The position numbers and the translations under genes were made by a program. The notes under the pieces are model-generated. The model was given only the letters and a program-made list of their open reading frames with translations. It searched no databases and was not told the origin of the DNA. DNA of 64,000 bases from Lytechinus pictus (lineage: Eukaryota): NCBI RefSeq assembly GCF_037042905.1, contig NC_087251.1, positions 17,114,001 through 17,178,000 on the forward strand, read 5' to 3'. Position 1 is the first letter of the stretch; the number at the start of each line of letters is the position of its first letter. Shown here one piece after another: positions 28,865-41,657 of the stretch.

Positions 28865-29819
28865 ATAAATATTTCTCCAAATTTAATCAGTGTTAAAGGG
28901 AATACACTCTCTATATGTTAAAATATGGAAATTTGGAGTACCATCTCATTTAGCACAAGAAATTGTCACTATTCATGCATAGATTGAGAACAGTTTGTTT
29001 TACAGCCTGCTGATCTACACACACTTTTACTAGCATCATATGCTTAAACAGCACAGTTAACCAATGCTTCATGTGGTTAGAAATGATACTAAAATATCAT
29101 ATGGTCTGGCTTGAGGTTGGAAAGACGAGACTGATGTCGACCAAAGAGGCTAATCCTGTAGAATTTCAATAAATTTGATGAAAAAACACTGTTAATCCTC
29201 TGCAAGGGATGTTTGTATATCACTGCCAACATCTATAACTGGATTTAGTTCTCAAGAGAATGCCAAACGCCCGTCAACAGATTTTAGGCATAACTGCAAA
29301 CCATTTTATGTTTGTGTTGCACATTTGGCAAGAATGGGCCATTTGCAGAAAGGGTACAGTCTACATTTCTAATCAGAGAGAACATCCTTCTTTTATTCAA
29401 AATTTTGAAATTGGTAATTAGCTATCTGAAAGGGCCCCTACATAAAGCAAATGTTTGGACCACAGAACAGACTGTTCCAATAAAATAGAAGGAATTCCCT
29501 TCACTATTCGAGAAAAAAAATTGTTCACACAAAACATGTATGTCATGGCAAACAAAACTAATCAAAATGTTAATCTGAAGAATTTTTTAATGGAATTACT
29601 TTTTGGATGAATCGATACCATTTAATTGGTAACCCAATGAGGATTATGTGTTAGGACTTTGACAAGGCCATAATTATGGACCCAGAAATTCCATAAAATA
29701 GTAAATCTTGTTTGATTGTCCAACACCCATTTTTCAAATTGGAATGTTGGTTTAAAAAGCATTAAAAAGTTTGTGAGGTTAGTTTTCTGTTCTATCACTT
29801 ACTCTAATCAGCATATAAG

Positions 29820-30014
29820 CAAGGCTCCACACTTACAGCCCATCAAAATCATCACTTTAAATTTTTGGTGGCCCTAAAACAACTGATAGAAAACTTAATA
29901 ATTTATCAAAACTTTGGTAGCCCATGTGGACTACCAAGTGTGGGCTTTTACAAAGTTTTGGTGGCCCGACTCTCATTTTTAGTTGCCCCGGGCCACTGCT
30001 AATGTCGAGCCCTG
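29820..30014. mobile_element. Short MITE (P- or hAT-like)
   Basis: Termini CAAGGCTC...GAGCCCTG flanked by the 7-bp direct repeat ATATAAG (29813-29819, 30015-30021); internal GGTGGCCC motifs. Confidence 0.65.
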
Positions 30015-32713
30015 ATATAAGTGATCAATATTAAGTTAATAATAAAAATAAGTAACAAACAAGGCAATGGTTTAACATATCCAACATAAAAATGTGAATA
30101 AGGATTAAACTATGAGTGTATTTGTATTTTAATTGTGCAGTGGTTTTGAGTCGATCAATCAATTTTATAAAACATGCTCCTCCCAATATATCAAAGACAG
30201 AGGTTGTGTTAAAGCAGATACGAACCAATAGCACCATCTCGAGTCCTCAACTACTCATACTAGGCCAGTTTCCTGACCCATAATGCTAGTGTAGTCTAGT
30301 AATATAGACCCACTTGAATGATAACATGCTAATTAAAGACTCAATACATTTATACCGCAATATTTATGTTACCAATTACTTTTCCTCTCAAAACATTTTA
30401 GTTTCTCTATACAAATACAATTATAGGTATTTATTCTCTGTAGTATTAGTAGATATCTGAAAACGTATATTTTAAGACTATGTATTCATAACACACAGTC
30501 AATCGCACCACACACAGTTACCTCCCCCTTGAAATATCCTGATGTGAAACTGAAGGTGTATTTGTTGAATACACTGTAGGTTGAAAACTGTAGGCAAATT
30601 ACTTGATGGTGTCAGTCAGCAATAGGCACACTTTTAAATTCCTCAAAAAGAATATAATCTACCACTTTAAGCTGAAAACAACCCTAAAACATATTAATAT
30701 CATGTCAGTTTTCACATTGAAAAATCTAACTGATACTTGAGTGATAAATATTGGAATAATTCAGCATTTGATAAAAAAAAAATTTCAACAAAATTGATTG
30801 TTGATTGACCGTCCAGCTATCATACAATTTTTGGTTGGTTTTGTATCATCAGAGAAGTAACTTCCAGTGTAGTGGACCAACTGTATGACACATATTCACT
30901 TATATAAGAAAGTGTCACACAGCAATTGAATTGATCATGCTATCTTTTCATCTCAGAGGCAAAGGAGATGGAGAAAAAAAAACCTAATTGAGTAATACTA
31001 ATTTTACTATTACTAATCATAATTCCTTCATTATACCCACACAATTCATCCCAATCCATATGAGAATAAACTTAAGGAATAAAAAAGTCTAATATCAATT
31101 TAATTCAACCAATTATTGTAATCAAGGTTGAATTATTTTGATAGCAAGGCTCATTTACAAGTGCATACTTGGATAAGATATCATCATTATGAAATATACA
31201 AATTCAAGAAGCAAACATTCCTATAACAGGATAAAAAAGGGAAAAATATCATTTAAAGTTGTTTACTGAGATAACTTCAAAACTAAGGGTATGAAAGAAC
31301 AGTAGAAGCATCTCCCAAATCACATTCCATTAGATTGTCATTTCCATCACTGATTGACCATCATTTACCAAAATTGAATTAAAAGGAAAATGTTAAATAC
31401 GTAACAATTGAATAATAGCATACCATATCCGAATAACATGAAACGTGTAGGTGTATATTGCATCCATGCCTCACATTACAATAGAACCTTTGTCAAACCA
31501 ACTATCTTTCTAAAAATCACCATTCCAATCAATGCGTAACCTTGCCAGGTTTAAACTCGGCTATTTACTTCCTTGATCTTCAGGATACAGGATGTTCAAA
31601 CATCTCAAGACAGATCTAAGAAGTTATGCCAACAATCAATCTCTGCATCACAGTTTGTTATTAAAGACTGATACATCGGTCAATAAACAATCTACATGTC
31701 TCATGTCTTCGCATGAAACAAGTACAAAAGTGCAGTTTCTAACAATCAAACCTGCTTCTGGATATTCTGGGTTCTGGATATAGGAAGCTACCTTCAGTCG
31801 TATGCATGACAGGACAACTCCTCAAGAAGAACAGATCCTATAGACAGACAACTTCCCCAGATACCATTCACACATGATCTTACTTACACTCTTAGAAAAC
31901 ATCCCTCATGGAAGAGATCTTGGAGATGAAGTCTCCTAAGGAACACCTTAACCACTTAACTTATAGTAGACACATGTATGTTTGAGGAATGTACATTGTG
32001 TGTGGACCTTAATACATGTAATTCTATTGTCAGTATAAAAGTGTCAGAGCGGCGCTGTTCATAACCCTACTGCAAATACCAACTGAATATCGAAATCAGG
32101 ACTCTGGACATCAGACGGCACAATGTCACCAAAACATTTGTGGCGCTTACTGTGACTCTACATATAGCAGCTCAGATCCACATACATTACCATGGTTCAA
32201 AATGGCGACTGACAGATGGCGCGTGAGTAGGAGACTTATGAAATATTGATGACAGAAAACGAAAAATGGCTTCTGTTGAATTGTTAGAAGATGGGGATGA
32301 TTAATTCATTACAATTACCAGTTTATATGAAATGATATGTTGAATTTAATGTGATTCCAGCATATGAAATGTAATTGATGTAAAGACGATTCATTGCAGA
32401 TAGCCAGCAGTTAGGTCAACCAAACAATATCCACACGATAACCGAACAATATCTAATTTGAAGATAACTTGCCAGGCACTGGGGAGTTGTCCTTGAATGT
32501 CCTAGAACCAGTTGTATGATTCTTGGCCTAAGTTTCTTACCAGTACCCGAACGTGAAGAGTATGATACTGGTTATAATGCTTGATTTTTAACAAAACTCG
32601 CATGACAGTAGTCAACCATGTTAGCACCATATATGAAATCTGCACAGCTACAACTTCATTTTTGAGCAGCAGGACCTTGGAGATAGCCTCACATAGCATC
32701 AACTAGCTCCACA

Positions 32714-32755
32714 TCAAAACATTTTCTTCTTAGCTGCTGTGTATCGCTCCATGTA
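32714..32755 (-). CDS. LRRC57: LRRC57 terminal coding exon (YMERYTAAKKKMF*); not in the ORF track
   Basis: Minus-strand ttttgcag acceptor. The peptide matches the known LRRC57 C-terminus (YMERFTATKKKF). Confidence 0.9.
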   Translation of the reverse strand, partial: YMERYTAAKKKMF

Positions 32756-34669
32756 CTGCAAAAGAAAAATCATACAGACTGAAATTAAAACACATGATAA
32801 ATATATGTTTTTTTGTGCACGTCATGTAACCATGGATTATACTGTAAAAAGATCAATTTATTGTGTGTCTACTATAAGACCTATATATATTTTGGATATG
32901 TGTCTCAAGTCAATAATTTTCATTTGTAATGCAAGGTTGACAACCGTCTGCAGGTGACTTCCTTTGAAACAAAAACCCAGCACATGATGGTGAGATTGTC
33001 CACAGTTTTTATCCCAGCCTTGTAGAGGATATTGTATAACGCAAATGCAGCTAATATGAAGTTACATCTCAGCAAGTTGGCTGAGGATTAGATAGAGAAG
33101 CTAAGAGGTCACATATGAAGTGAAGAGCTCTTAATGCATAGGATTGAGTGTAATCAAACACATATGGATTGTCTGTTCCACATGGAATTCATTCAGCCAC
33201 CTCGATTGAAGGAGGATATGGAAAATGTAGAAATATACCCATAGGAAGTGCAAAGCAAACAAAATTAGTCCCCTTTTCAAACATGGAATTAAAGGGTTCT
33301 TTAAGAATTTGTAGTTTTTACTCCCAAAAAGGCGCACAAAGGCTATCCAACGTGTCCGCAATGAAGTCTATTTATTTCTTAATATCATTAAAAGGTAATA
33401 ACAGAGCAAATATCAGTGTTTATATTCTCATTTCTGTCTCATTTTAAATTAAGCAAATTCAACAAACAAAAAATATATTTCCATCATAATTAGCTAGAAA
33501 AGTTTAAGTATCATTTCCATGACTTGATTTGCTGGACGACAAAATGATAGAACTGATGTAGTTGACTGGTAACTTTAAGATGGCCTTCAAAGCTGTAATG
33601 GTAGGGCTACATGTACATGTATATGAAGCAAACTTGACACCATGAGGAAATCTCAAATCTCAATCAATTACCAGTCAACTTCAATTGACAAATCTGATGC
33701 TAAATTATCTCTGACATTAAAGACCGATGTGCAAATTATGGGGCAAGCAAAGAGATTGCAATCACACATGTTTACACACTTTACCACTAGTTACCAGAAA
33801 TGTGCTAAAATTGTCTTAGCCAGGACTTTATAGCTCTGATGATTAAAAATGGAATATGAGGTTTTACTTTTGTCAGATCATGTAGGACACTCAGAAAATT
33901 TGCTCAATATAAAAATGAACACATCTGATATTCTCCAATCTCCAATCTCCATCCATCACTCATTTTCTATAATGGTATTAACCTTTGAATATAAATATAT
34001 TTCAAAAATATAAAATTTAACAATAATGGTATGAAATTGAATTGTAGTCTAATTCTACCAGACATAAACTAGAAGTAATCTAAGGTGATAAATTGGTGCA
34101 AATTTTCAAGAGTGATTTTTTTTTAAATATTCCTGAGAATGTAACAAGTTTTTTCAAATATACAAGAGTTGGCATAGGTAGCCTATTTGACAAGGCGATA
34201 GAAGTCAGCTTTCATTCTTTTTCATGATAAAGATACCATTAAGGACTTCAATGTCACTGGTTTCGATGGCAAGGCTACGTGGATGATAAGGGTTGCACAC
34301 TGATATGCTTGAACAAATCACAGCAATTTTTTTTCATTTATGATTTTTCGATCTGAGCTTTTTTTTTTTAATTCTTCACAAACTGTTATTGCTAGGCTAC
34401 ATAGATTATATGGGCTGGGTTTTTATTCTTAAGTTTTTTTAAAGCTAGGTTCCATGGGTGACATGGGCTGCACATAACCACCCTTGAACAAATAATGGCA
34501 ATAATTCTTCTATTTCATTTATGATTTTTCCATCAGAGTTTTGATTCTTTAAGGTATATGACGATGGAGATTTGATTAAAAGAGCTTAGTCAGTATGCGA
34601 GACGAGGAAATCATTGCCACATCAGGTGTAGATAGGTTTCCTCTGTTTCACGAGCAGGAATACTCTCAC

Positions 34670-34855
34670 CTTTTCATATCCGTGGACCTCCTGGAACTTT
34701 TTCATCTCAAAGAGATTTCCATCAAGGGCTAGTAACGAGACATGAGATTCAGTGAGCAGCTTGGCTGGTAGAGCGTTGATATGAAGACAGTTCTCCTCTA
34801 ATCTCAACACCTTCAGTCTCGGGCACTGGGATACGCAGTCAGATATCGTTGAGAT
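34670..34855 (-). CDS. LRRC57: LRRC57 coding exon ([24 protein letters not shown]...[17 protein letters not shown])
   Basis: cag acceptor and gtgag donor, 186 bp, phase 0/0. Matches the LRRC57 motifs [14 protein letters not shown] and GNLFExKK. Confidence 0.93.
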
Positions 34856-35189
34856 CTGCAGACAGCAAAAGTATCAACATTATCAAGCATCATAAGACAT
34901 AACATCTATAAAATCTTCATAACCATGGGTGCCTTAAGAGATCATTTATAAAAGCAAATATGAGAATGAAAAGAAAACCACATTCAGAAAATAAGATTGG
35001 ATCTTGTTTATCTCTTCAAGACAGGCACCTGTTAAAAGGTCTGATTCACTCCTTATTTATCAAAGTGTACTTTCATGATTTTTTCATGAAAATCCCTAGA
35101 AAATCTTACACCAGTTTCATCAATATCAACATAAACAGACACATAACCCATAGTACATGTATCTTCATACTATCACACCTATGTAATTA

Positions 35190-35628
35190 AGACACAGTTC
35201 TCATTATACTTTCTAAAACTGGTTTACTGGAAACCGGTTCAGGAAACCAGTTTGGAAGATCGCTTTGCTAGCGTTCCCATTTGATCACCTGAAAGTGGTT
35301 TTCAAAACCACTTCACGTAAAGTTGTCTTGTTATGAGAACACTCTCAGTGGGGTGACATGTTTCGCGCAAAATTTGAAACCGCAGCATACATGTAGGCAT
35401 TCCACATACAGTGTGTGGAGTAGCACGCTCAAAATGTGCGAAGATCGCTTCCCGAAGAACGGTTGTGTCCTCACTTACACTAAAACCAGTTTAACGAGGC
35501 AAAGCAATCTTTAAAACTACATCGCAAGGTGGTTTTCTGAACCGGTTTGGAAGATCACTTCCAAGACCCCTTCGACCGTTCTCATTACACGTTAAACTAG
35601 TTTTAGGACGGTAGTGAGAACGGTGTCT
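35190..35628. mobile_element. MITE with TA/TWA flanks (Harbinger- or Tc1-like)
   Basis: TIR AGACACAGTTCTCATTA / TAGTGAGAACGGTGTCT; internal repeats AAACCGGTT and GAAGATCGCTT. Confidence 0.75.
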
Positions 35629-37249
35629 TACATGTAAATGTACAAGTAAACATAATGTTGTTTCTGTTGTTGTTGTCTATTTCACTTTTGCTTTTGTTCC
35701 GAAAGATAATGCATTCAACCCTGGATAAACCAACTGACTGGTCCAGCAATTATAATCTATTTGCCAGAGTGTTTTTGCGTTGACATAATCACTCATAATC
35801 ACCTATAAACAAAAGACCACAAGAAACACAAATAAAGATCAAGCTACATGATAATATTATTTGGTCTTTGCAAACTGAGATGTTAAAGGTTATTATTCTC
35901 AAGCCACATCGATCAACGTCAAAAGACATATAAATTTGGCAATGTCAAGGGGTACAGGATTGTAGGAATTGATCTTATATTCATATCTGGGTTTTTTTAC
36001 CACGGTACGTTTAGATCTGTTTTAGAAGGGGTGATCAACTATGGCATATGATGTTTGATTTAGAGGAAGGTGAAATGAGATGAGGTTTGTTATGGTCTTT
36101 TGTCACAGCTTCAATCTGATTGTTGCTCTTCATATTCCAATTTCCGTGATTGCATCACGCACTTGCAAATCCTTTTCTTCCTCGCTTTTCTCAGGAGAAA
36201 AATGAATGTTTCCAGCCCAAACCAAGGAGAGGATAGACCTCCCAATCATATACATATCAGCTTACATTTTATGGATAGAGATCACATTTCTTGTTACAAA
36301 TACAGCACAGAAATCATAAAAATATAATACAAATTTGGCAAAGTAAGGTACTTAGATAGCAAACACAATTAAGATTAGCAGGGGTCACAATAAGGGTACT
36401 GCATTCCAAATATCATCACTGTACCTGAACATTAAATACTGTGTAGAAAACAATTTTTTGTTCAAGATCAATGTTCCTTTATATGTAAAGCTTCACTTTG
36501 TCATTGTAAAACTAAATAAAAGAAATAGATCAAAATGAAGAACTCAGTTTCAAATTGTTTCTTATAGTATTATGTTATTACCTCTTCTGGCACCAGCGAG
36601 AAACTAATGTTTTCATCTGAAATGGCACATCGTTTTGGGTTTAATGGTTTACATCTTGTATGAATGAATATGTAGACCAGATTCAGTGAAATATATTTAT
36701 GATTAAAAAAAGTAGAGAACCCTATTAAAAAGAATGGGCAAATGATACTCAAGATAAAGAATTGTAAAAAGTAAATGTAAAAAATACTATTAAGTTCTAT
36801 CAATTTATACTCTTCTGATCAAATCTAAAGAATTGTTTTAGTCCTTTCAGAGCGTAAAGAGTGATGGACATAGGGTGGGGATGGGGTCAGCTAGATAGAT
36901 CTACCTCTGACCTTTCTTACAGTAATTGTAAGATATGGTATCAGGGTACAGAATAATGGAAGAGGAGGGGGGTAAGCATCCACCTAAGATGCCCCATAGA
37001 GGGTGTAAGAAGTGGTATATGGGTCATACAGGATAGCAAAAGCAGTCCCAAGAGAAGGCAGACATCCTCTGTAGACCAAGGAATATACTAGTCAAGTTCA
37101 AGGTACATTGAGAGGCAACACATTTCAGGCAAACTTCCGATTACTCGTGACATACACAACCAGAATCAGGAAGTAGGCAGGACAGAACTAGATTGACCAC
37201 GATGTTAAAGCACGGGTGGGAGCACCAATCATCAACGAAAATGAAATGA

Positions 37250-37690
37250 AGGGAAAGGAAGAGAGCGTGAAGGATGGGGAGTGATCAGAAATAGGGCAAG
37301 AGTGAGAAGGGGAAGGGAGAAGAGGGAGATAGAATAGAAGGAATTTTGCTACATGTATAGGAGGAAAGAGGGACATGAAGGTAAGAGGGAGAGATGAATA
37401 GTGAAAGGAGGAACAAAAATGGTAAGAAAGAGTAAGAGAGAGGGAATAAAACAAAATAGAGAGAGAGAAAAGAAGATGGAATGGGAGGAAATAGATAGAG
37501 GTGTGAGTGATATGAAGAGAAAAATAGATGGACCATGGAAACAAACAGATGGACAGACAGAAAGATAGAAAAGAGGGAGAGAGACAGAAATAGAGACACA
37601 GAAGAGAAAAAAGACAGACAGATAGATGGAATGAAAGAGGGAGAGAGAAAGAGAGAGATGGATTGGAAGAAGATAGAGAGGAAATGAATT
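37250..37690. repeat. Purine-rich (GA/GACA) low-complexity tract
   Basis: Strongly A/G-biased on +, producing spurious S/L/F-rich ORFs on -. Confidence 0.85.
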
Positions 37691-37720
37691 AAAACCAAAT
37701 AGAGCTGCCAAGAGGACTTT

Positions 37721-38144
37721 AGGGTGTGTTCAATGTCGATTTTTGAAATTTAAACAGCAACATGAATCATGATTAAAAACTCAATTCCAAAACACCGAAC
37801 ACAAACAGGATCATCGGTGCACCGTTCAGTGTCTAAAATATAAAGCCATTTACAGGTTGATCATCTTTGAATTTCCCGCTTTCGTGAGCTCAGCTTTAGT
37901 GCTCAGTTTGACCCATCACAAGAAAGGTCAGTCCTGGCACTTGTTTGTGTAGGCTTTCACTGCGAGAGCAAATTAAAGACGTTTCAAAATCCAATTGTGT
38001 TTGCATTCGCGATGCTCAAGGTCGTAAATCTGAGCTGATCGCATTTACAGATGCATCTTTTTCAACGTTTAAATTTTCCTCCGAATCGTGGTTTGAAAGA
38101 CGTTCAATTTTACGACCGGGAATAGTGGACGTTGAACACACCCT
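37721..38144. mobile_element. PIF/Harbinger-like MITE
   Basis: TIR AGGGTGTGTTCAA / TTGAACACACCCT with T-rich 3-bp flanks. Termini resemble the GGGTGTGTT ends of the 56.8-59.5 kb pair. Confidence 0.7.
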
Positions 38145-38237
38145 TTGTTTCTCATTATATCTGCGTTTTGTAATACACCCTAGTACCGTTGGTATGGGAT
38201 CCAGAAGGGTGGCATGGATGGGGGGGGGGGATAAGAG

Positions 38238-38358
38238 CAGTAGCGGACCGTGACCCGGAGGAGACAAAGCATTGGAGGGGCACTGTATTGTTTGTGAACA
38301 ATGCTGTGCCACCCCCCCCCCCAATGCTTTGTCTCCTCCGGGTCACGGTCCGCCACTA
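38238..38358. mobile_element. 121-bp hAT-like hairpin MITE
   Basis: 38-bp TIR (36/38) and perfect 8-bp TSD GATAAGAG (38230-38237, 38359-38366). Confidence 0.92.
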
Positions 38359-39672
38359 GATAAGAGGATGAGGGGTTGGAGGAAAGTAAGAACAAGAAGT
38401 GACTCATTTGAAAGTAAAAGTAATTAGGCAATGAAGAGCAAAGGTAGATGAGTTATAATGCTAATTAAGATAATTTAATTTTCTTTTTTTTACGTAAAAC
38501 CTCAATTTCCTCAATCTGTCAAAATACATTGTATCAAGGACAGGATGAGGTGTAAAATAAACTATTCTTTCAAAAATAGAAGGGAAAAAGATCAGAGCAT
38601 ATTAAAAGATTGAATACTAACATCATCTGATGAGCAACATCTCATAGGAAAACATCTGAACAAACAGAATAATTTCCTTTTCCCTTTCCTTTCTCAAGAA
38701 TCCACCCCAGGTAATGAAAGTACAAGCAATGCAGATACTGGCATTTCCACCAAAAGTCCTGCTTTTCAGATCAACAAGTGAAACTATTGTTTTAGTATTC
38801 TAATTTTAGTGACTCAGTACACGCATTACTCCCAGTTTCAGGCTAATCAATTGTTATTGAGATTGGTTCAATACACTCACATGATTATAATTGAAATGGC
38901 ATGGGAATCTATTGTTAGATAAACTTTGTTTTCGTATGGTGTAATAAAGGAGGTTAACAAGTTTCCGGTCCGTGTATGGCAGTTCATGCCCTGTTCACAA
39001 TTTTCAAATAATCAAATGATACGTTACCGTACCTCCCTGATTTGCTGACACAGGTAAATACAAAGAATTGAATGCATAGTACTTGGTACATGGTACAAAC
39101 AACCATGTGAACAAGAATGCACGCTACAATCACAGATCAGCAAGCTGCATGCAAGTGTATTGTCAATGGCAGTATGTCGTATCTTGAATACCGAGGCCCA
39201 CATGCTTTCAACTGGATGGCTCCAAACTGCTCAATTTCAAAAGGAATTAATACAGGAGCTCAATTGATTCCAAAAGCTAATATCTTTTTTTTCCTTTGAT
39301 TTTAAGCACATGGTTCAAATTAACTGATATTGTAATGACAATAACTGAACCCCCCCCCCCCCATCCCTGAAATCATGGCCTTTAATGGACTGACATCAAA
39401 ATAAATGGATTTTGACCAATTTAAGAAATGGGACCCTGGACAGTACAGTGGCTTGATTGGCCATTGAACCTCAGCCAAGTTTCTTTTTCCTGATTAGATT
39501 CCAATAATCATTGGTCAACTCTAAATTCAGATTCATTATCCTAAGAACAGGGAAAGTCATAAATAATAATTTATGTATATTTTTTACCACTAACAGTTTA
39601 CTTTACATCTGTGTCCATATCTCGGAAACAAACTCCAAGCCTTGGAGAGAATATTCAAAGTATGTATACACT

Positions 39673-40516
39673 GGGCCGTATGCATAAAAACAAGCAATTG
39701 CTTGTGCTAGCCTTTTGCTTGAATCGGTATGCACACAAACAAGCAATTGCTCATAAGCAAAAGCTTTTGCTTACAAGCACAGACAATTGCTTACTACTCG
39801 TAAGCAAATGCTTACCAAACAAGCAATTGCTTAAAACCGTATGCATAAAACAAACCTTTTACTTGTCTTGATAAGCAATTGCTTGCGTTTTTTCAAGCAC
39901 CTCCAGACCAGCTTGAGCTCTTGCTTACTCATGGCATTCTGGTTTAAGGATTACATTTTCATACCGTTTCAAGCTCCATATTCCAGAGGTTATGTTGTGA
40001 TTTCATATCTAATCAAATTCCTGTTATTTTAGACTTTTTACGGCAATTTTTGTCCATCGATCTACACAGAAACCCCCCTGATGCTCTGCACTGTTTTCCC
40101 CCTATTTGCGTAATAAAAAATACTTCTGCCAGGTCGGGAACGAAGCGTCGTTGTCCTACTGTGCGATGTTCGCACAACCGTAACGATCCTTTGTCCAACA
40201 CATAAGCAATTGCTTAGGCAGTGCAAGCAAAAAAAAAAATTGAATAAACCTAATTTCATATAATAAAATACAAAAGAACAAGTGGAGATGTGACATCATC
40301 AGTCCACCTAATGAATATTCATGACGACAGTTTTCACAAAATATCGCTAAACTTTAAAATTCAACAACTTTGATACTTTGACGGATTTTGATGAAATTTT
40401 CGGCATTGTGCTCAGTGAATTCTACTCTATTTATTAAGCTATAAATATTTTCAGCCCGGACCATCCCTTTAAAGCATTTGCTTATAAGCAATTGCTTGTC
40501 TTTATGCATACGGCCC
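39673..40516. mobile_element. Harbinger-like MITE with an AAGCAATTGCTT subterminal array; carries a fragment of the TTAA-MITE family (~40230-40470)
   Basis: TIR GGGCCGTATGCATAAA / TTTATGCATACGGCCC; many copies of palindromic AAGCAATTGCTT. The inner segment resembles 46630-46660 plus 54175-54300. Confidence 0.8.
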
Positions 40517-40753
40517 AATGTCACGGCTCAAGGCTGTGAATAGCACATCTTTGCACCAATTACATTCATATTTGGTGAAAATATGTGTGGCCTGTCAATT
40601 TCTCATCAAAAGTTTCTCTCCCCTCCAAATTCTGTCCCTCTACTGAAAGGGGAGTAAAAAAGAAAGAATATGAAGAGGATTTTTTGGGGCACAGGAAGTT
40701 ATCCTCTATATGGAGACGATATAAATGCAGGTTGAAAGCAAGTGCGGGGCTAC

Positions 40754-41293
40754 TCCCGGGGGGGGGGGGGGGCACTCGACCAAAAAAGTAGTTGGTATGT
40801 GCCGCGGGCGAGACAAAAAACGGGGGCCTTGGAGCGGGCTTATTGTAAAAAGGAGGGTCCTCGGAACGGGCTTCGGAACTACAAATGTTTGTGAAAACGG
40901 GGGTCCTTGGAACGGATCCCTGCGTGTGAGTGCGTATGCATCCCTATGGAACCTGCATGCAGCTAGCCAAGCGGTACGGGCGCCGGGTGCGCTAGCGCAG
41001 AGGCGATGGTCGGACAGCGCTCTGCGGCCACTTTTCACCAAAATTGCGGCTCATTGTAGCAGAACAATGCGACCGGAACGAAAAATATGCGAAGCCTTGG
41101 AGCGGATTTATTTCTTCTTTTTCTCGATAAGAAGAAAATGCTATGCTTTGGAGCGGCTTTCTTTGTTCTTTTTCTCAATAAGACAAAAAATGATATGCCT
41201 TGGAACGGAAATTTAGTGTAAAAATAGGGGTCCCCTCCGCGGCACATACCCACTATGCATTATATACTGAGTGCCCCCTCCCCCCCCCGGGGA
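40754..41293. mobile_element. Non-autonomous DNA transposon with CCCGGG(G)nCACTC termini
   Basis: Left CCCGGG(G)nCACTC...GGTATGTGCCGC, right GCGGCACATACC...GAGTG(C)nGGG; candidate 4-bp TSD CTAC; internal TTGGARCGG repeats. Superfamily uncertain. Confidence 0.8.
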
Positions 41294-41310
41294 CTACTAA
41301 AAATTGTAAA

Positions 41311-41657
41311 ACCAGCCCGAGTTTGCTCAATCTTGAGATTTTAGCCCAATCGGCCCTCTTCGCGATTAATCTTGAGATTCAAGAAACCCTGTCTCCACCA
41401 TCGCAAGTAGAGCGATTCCTGCTTGAGAAGGCATCGATGCATTATGGTCTGACGTCGTGAATAATTCGTAAAATAGCCTGCTATTTTGCAAACAATCCCA
41501 AGTTGACTTGGGATTACAATGTCGAGATTAATCCTACGAACTATCGCGATAATTGCATCTCCATTACAAATAACCTCGAGATTGTTCAGATTGGGATAAT
41601 TTGCCAGATCAGAAATAGCGCGCTAATTTGAAAACTCGGGCTGGTGCAGACGGCCTT
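41311..41657. mobile_element. MITE, left end eroded
   Basis: Inverted repeat ACCAGCCCGAGTTT / AAACTCGGGCTGGT; internal AATCTTGAGATT palindromes. Confidence 0.6.

Noticed and set aside
34280..34550. Degenerate ~175-bp direct duplication in an LRRC57 intron
   Set aside because: Old local tandem duplication with no evidence of function.
37188..37711. Three overlapping S/L/F-rich ORFs on -
   Set aside because: Artefact of a GA-rich low-complexity tract.
39690..39900. Regularly recurring AAGCAATTGCTT palindromes, superficially CRISPR-like
   Set aside because: Short, irregularly spaced, inside MITE TIRs, in a eukaryotic context with no cas genes.
40706..41253. 163-aa and 111-aa GC-rich ORFs
   Set aside because: They lie within a TIR-bounded non-autonomous element and have no transposase or other recognisable motifs.
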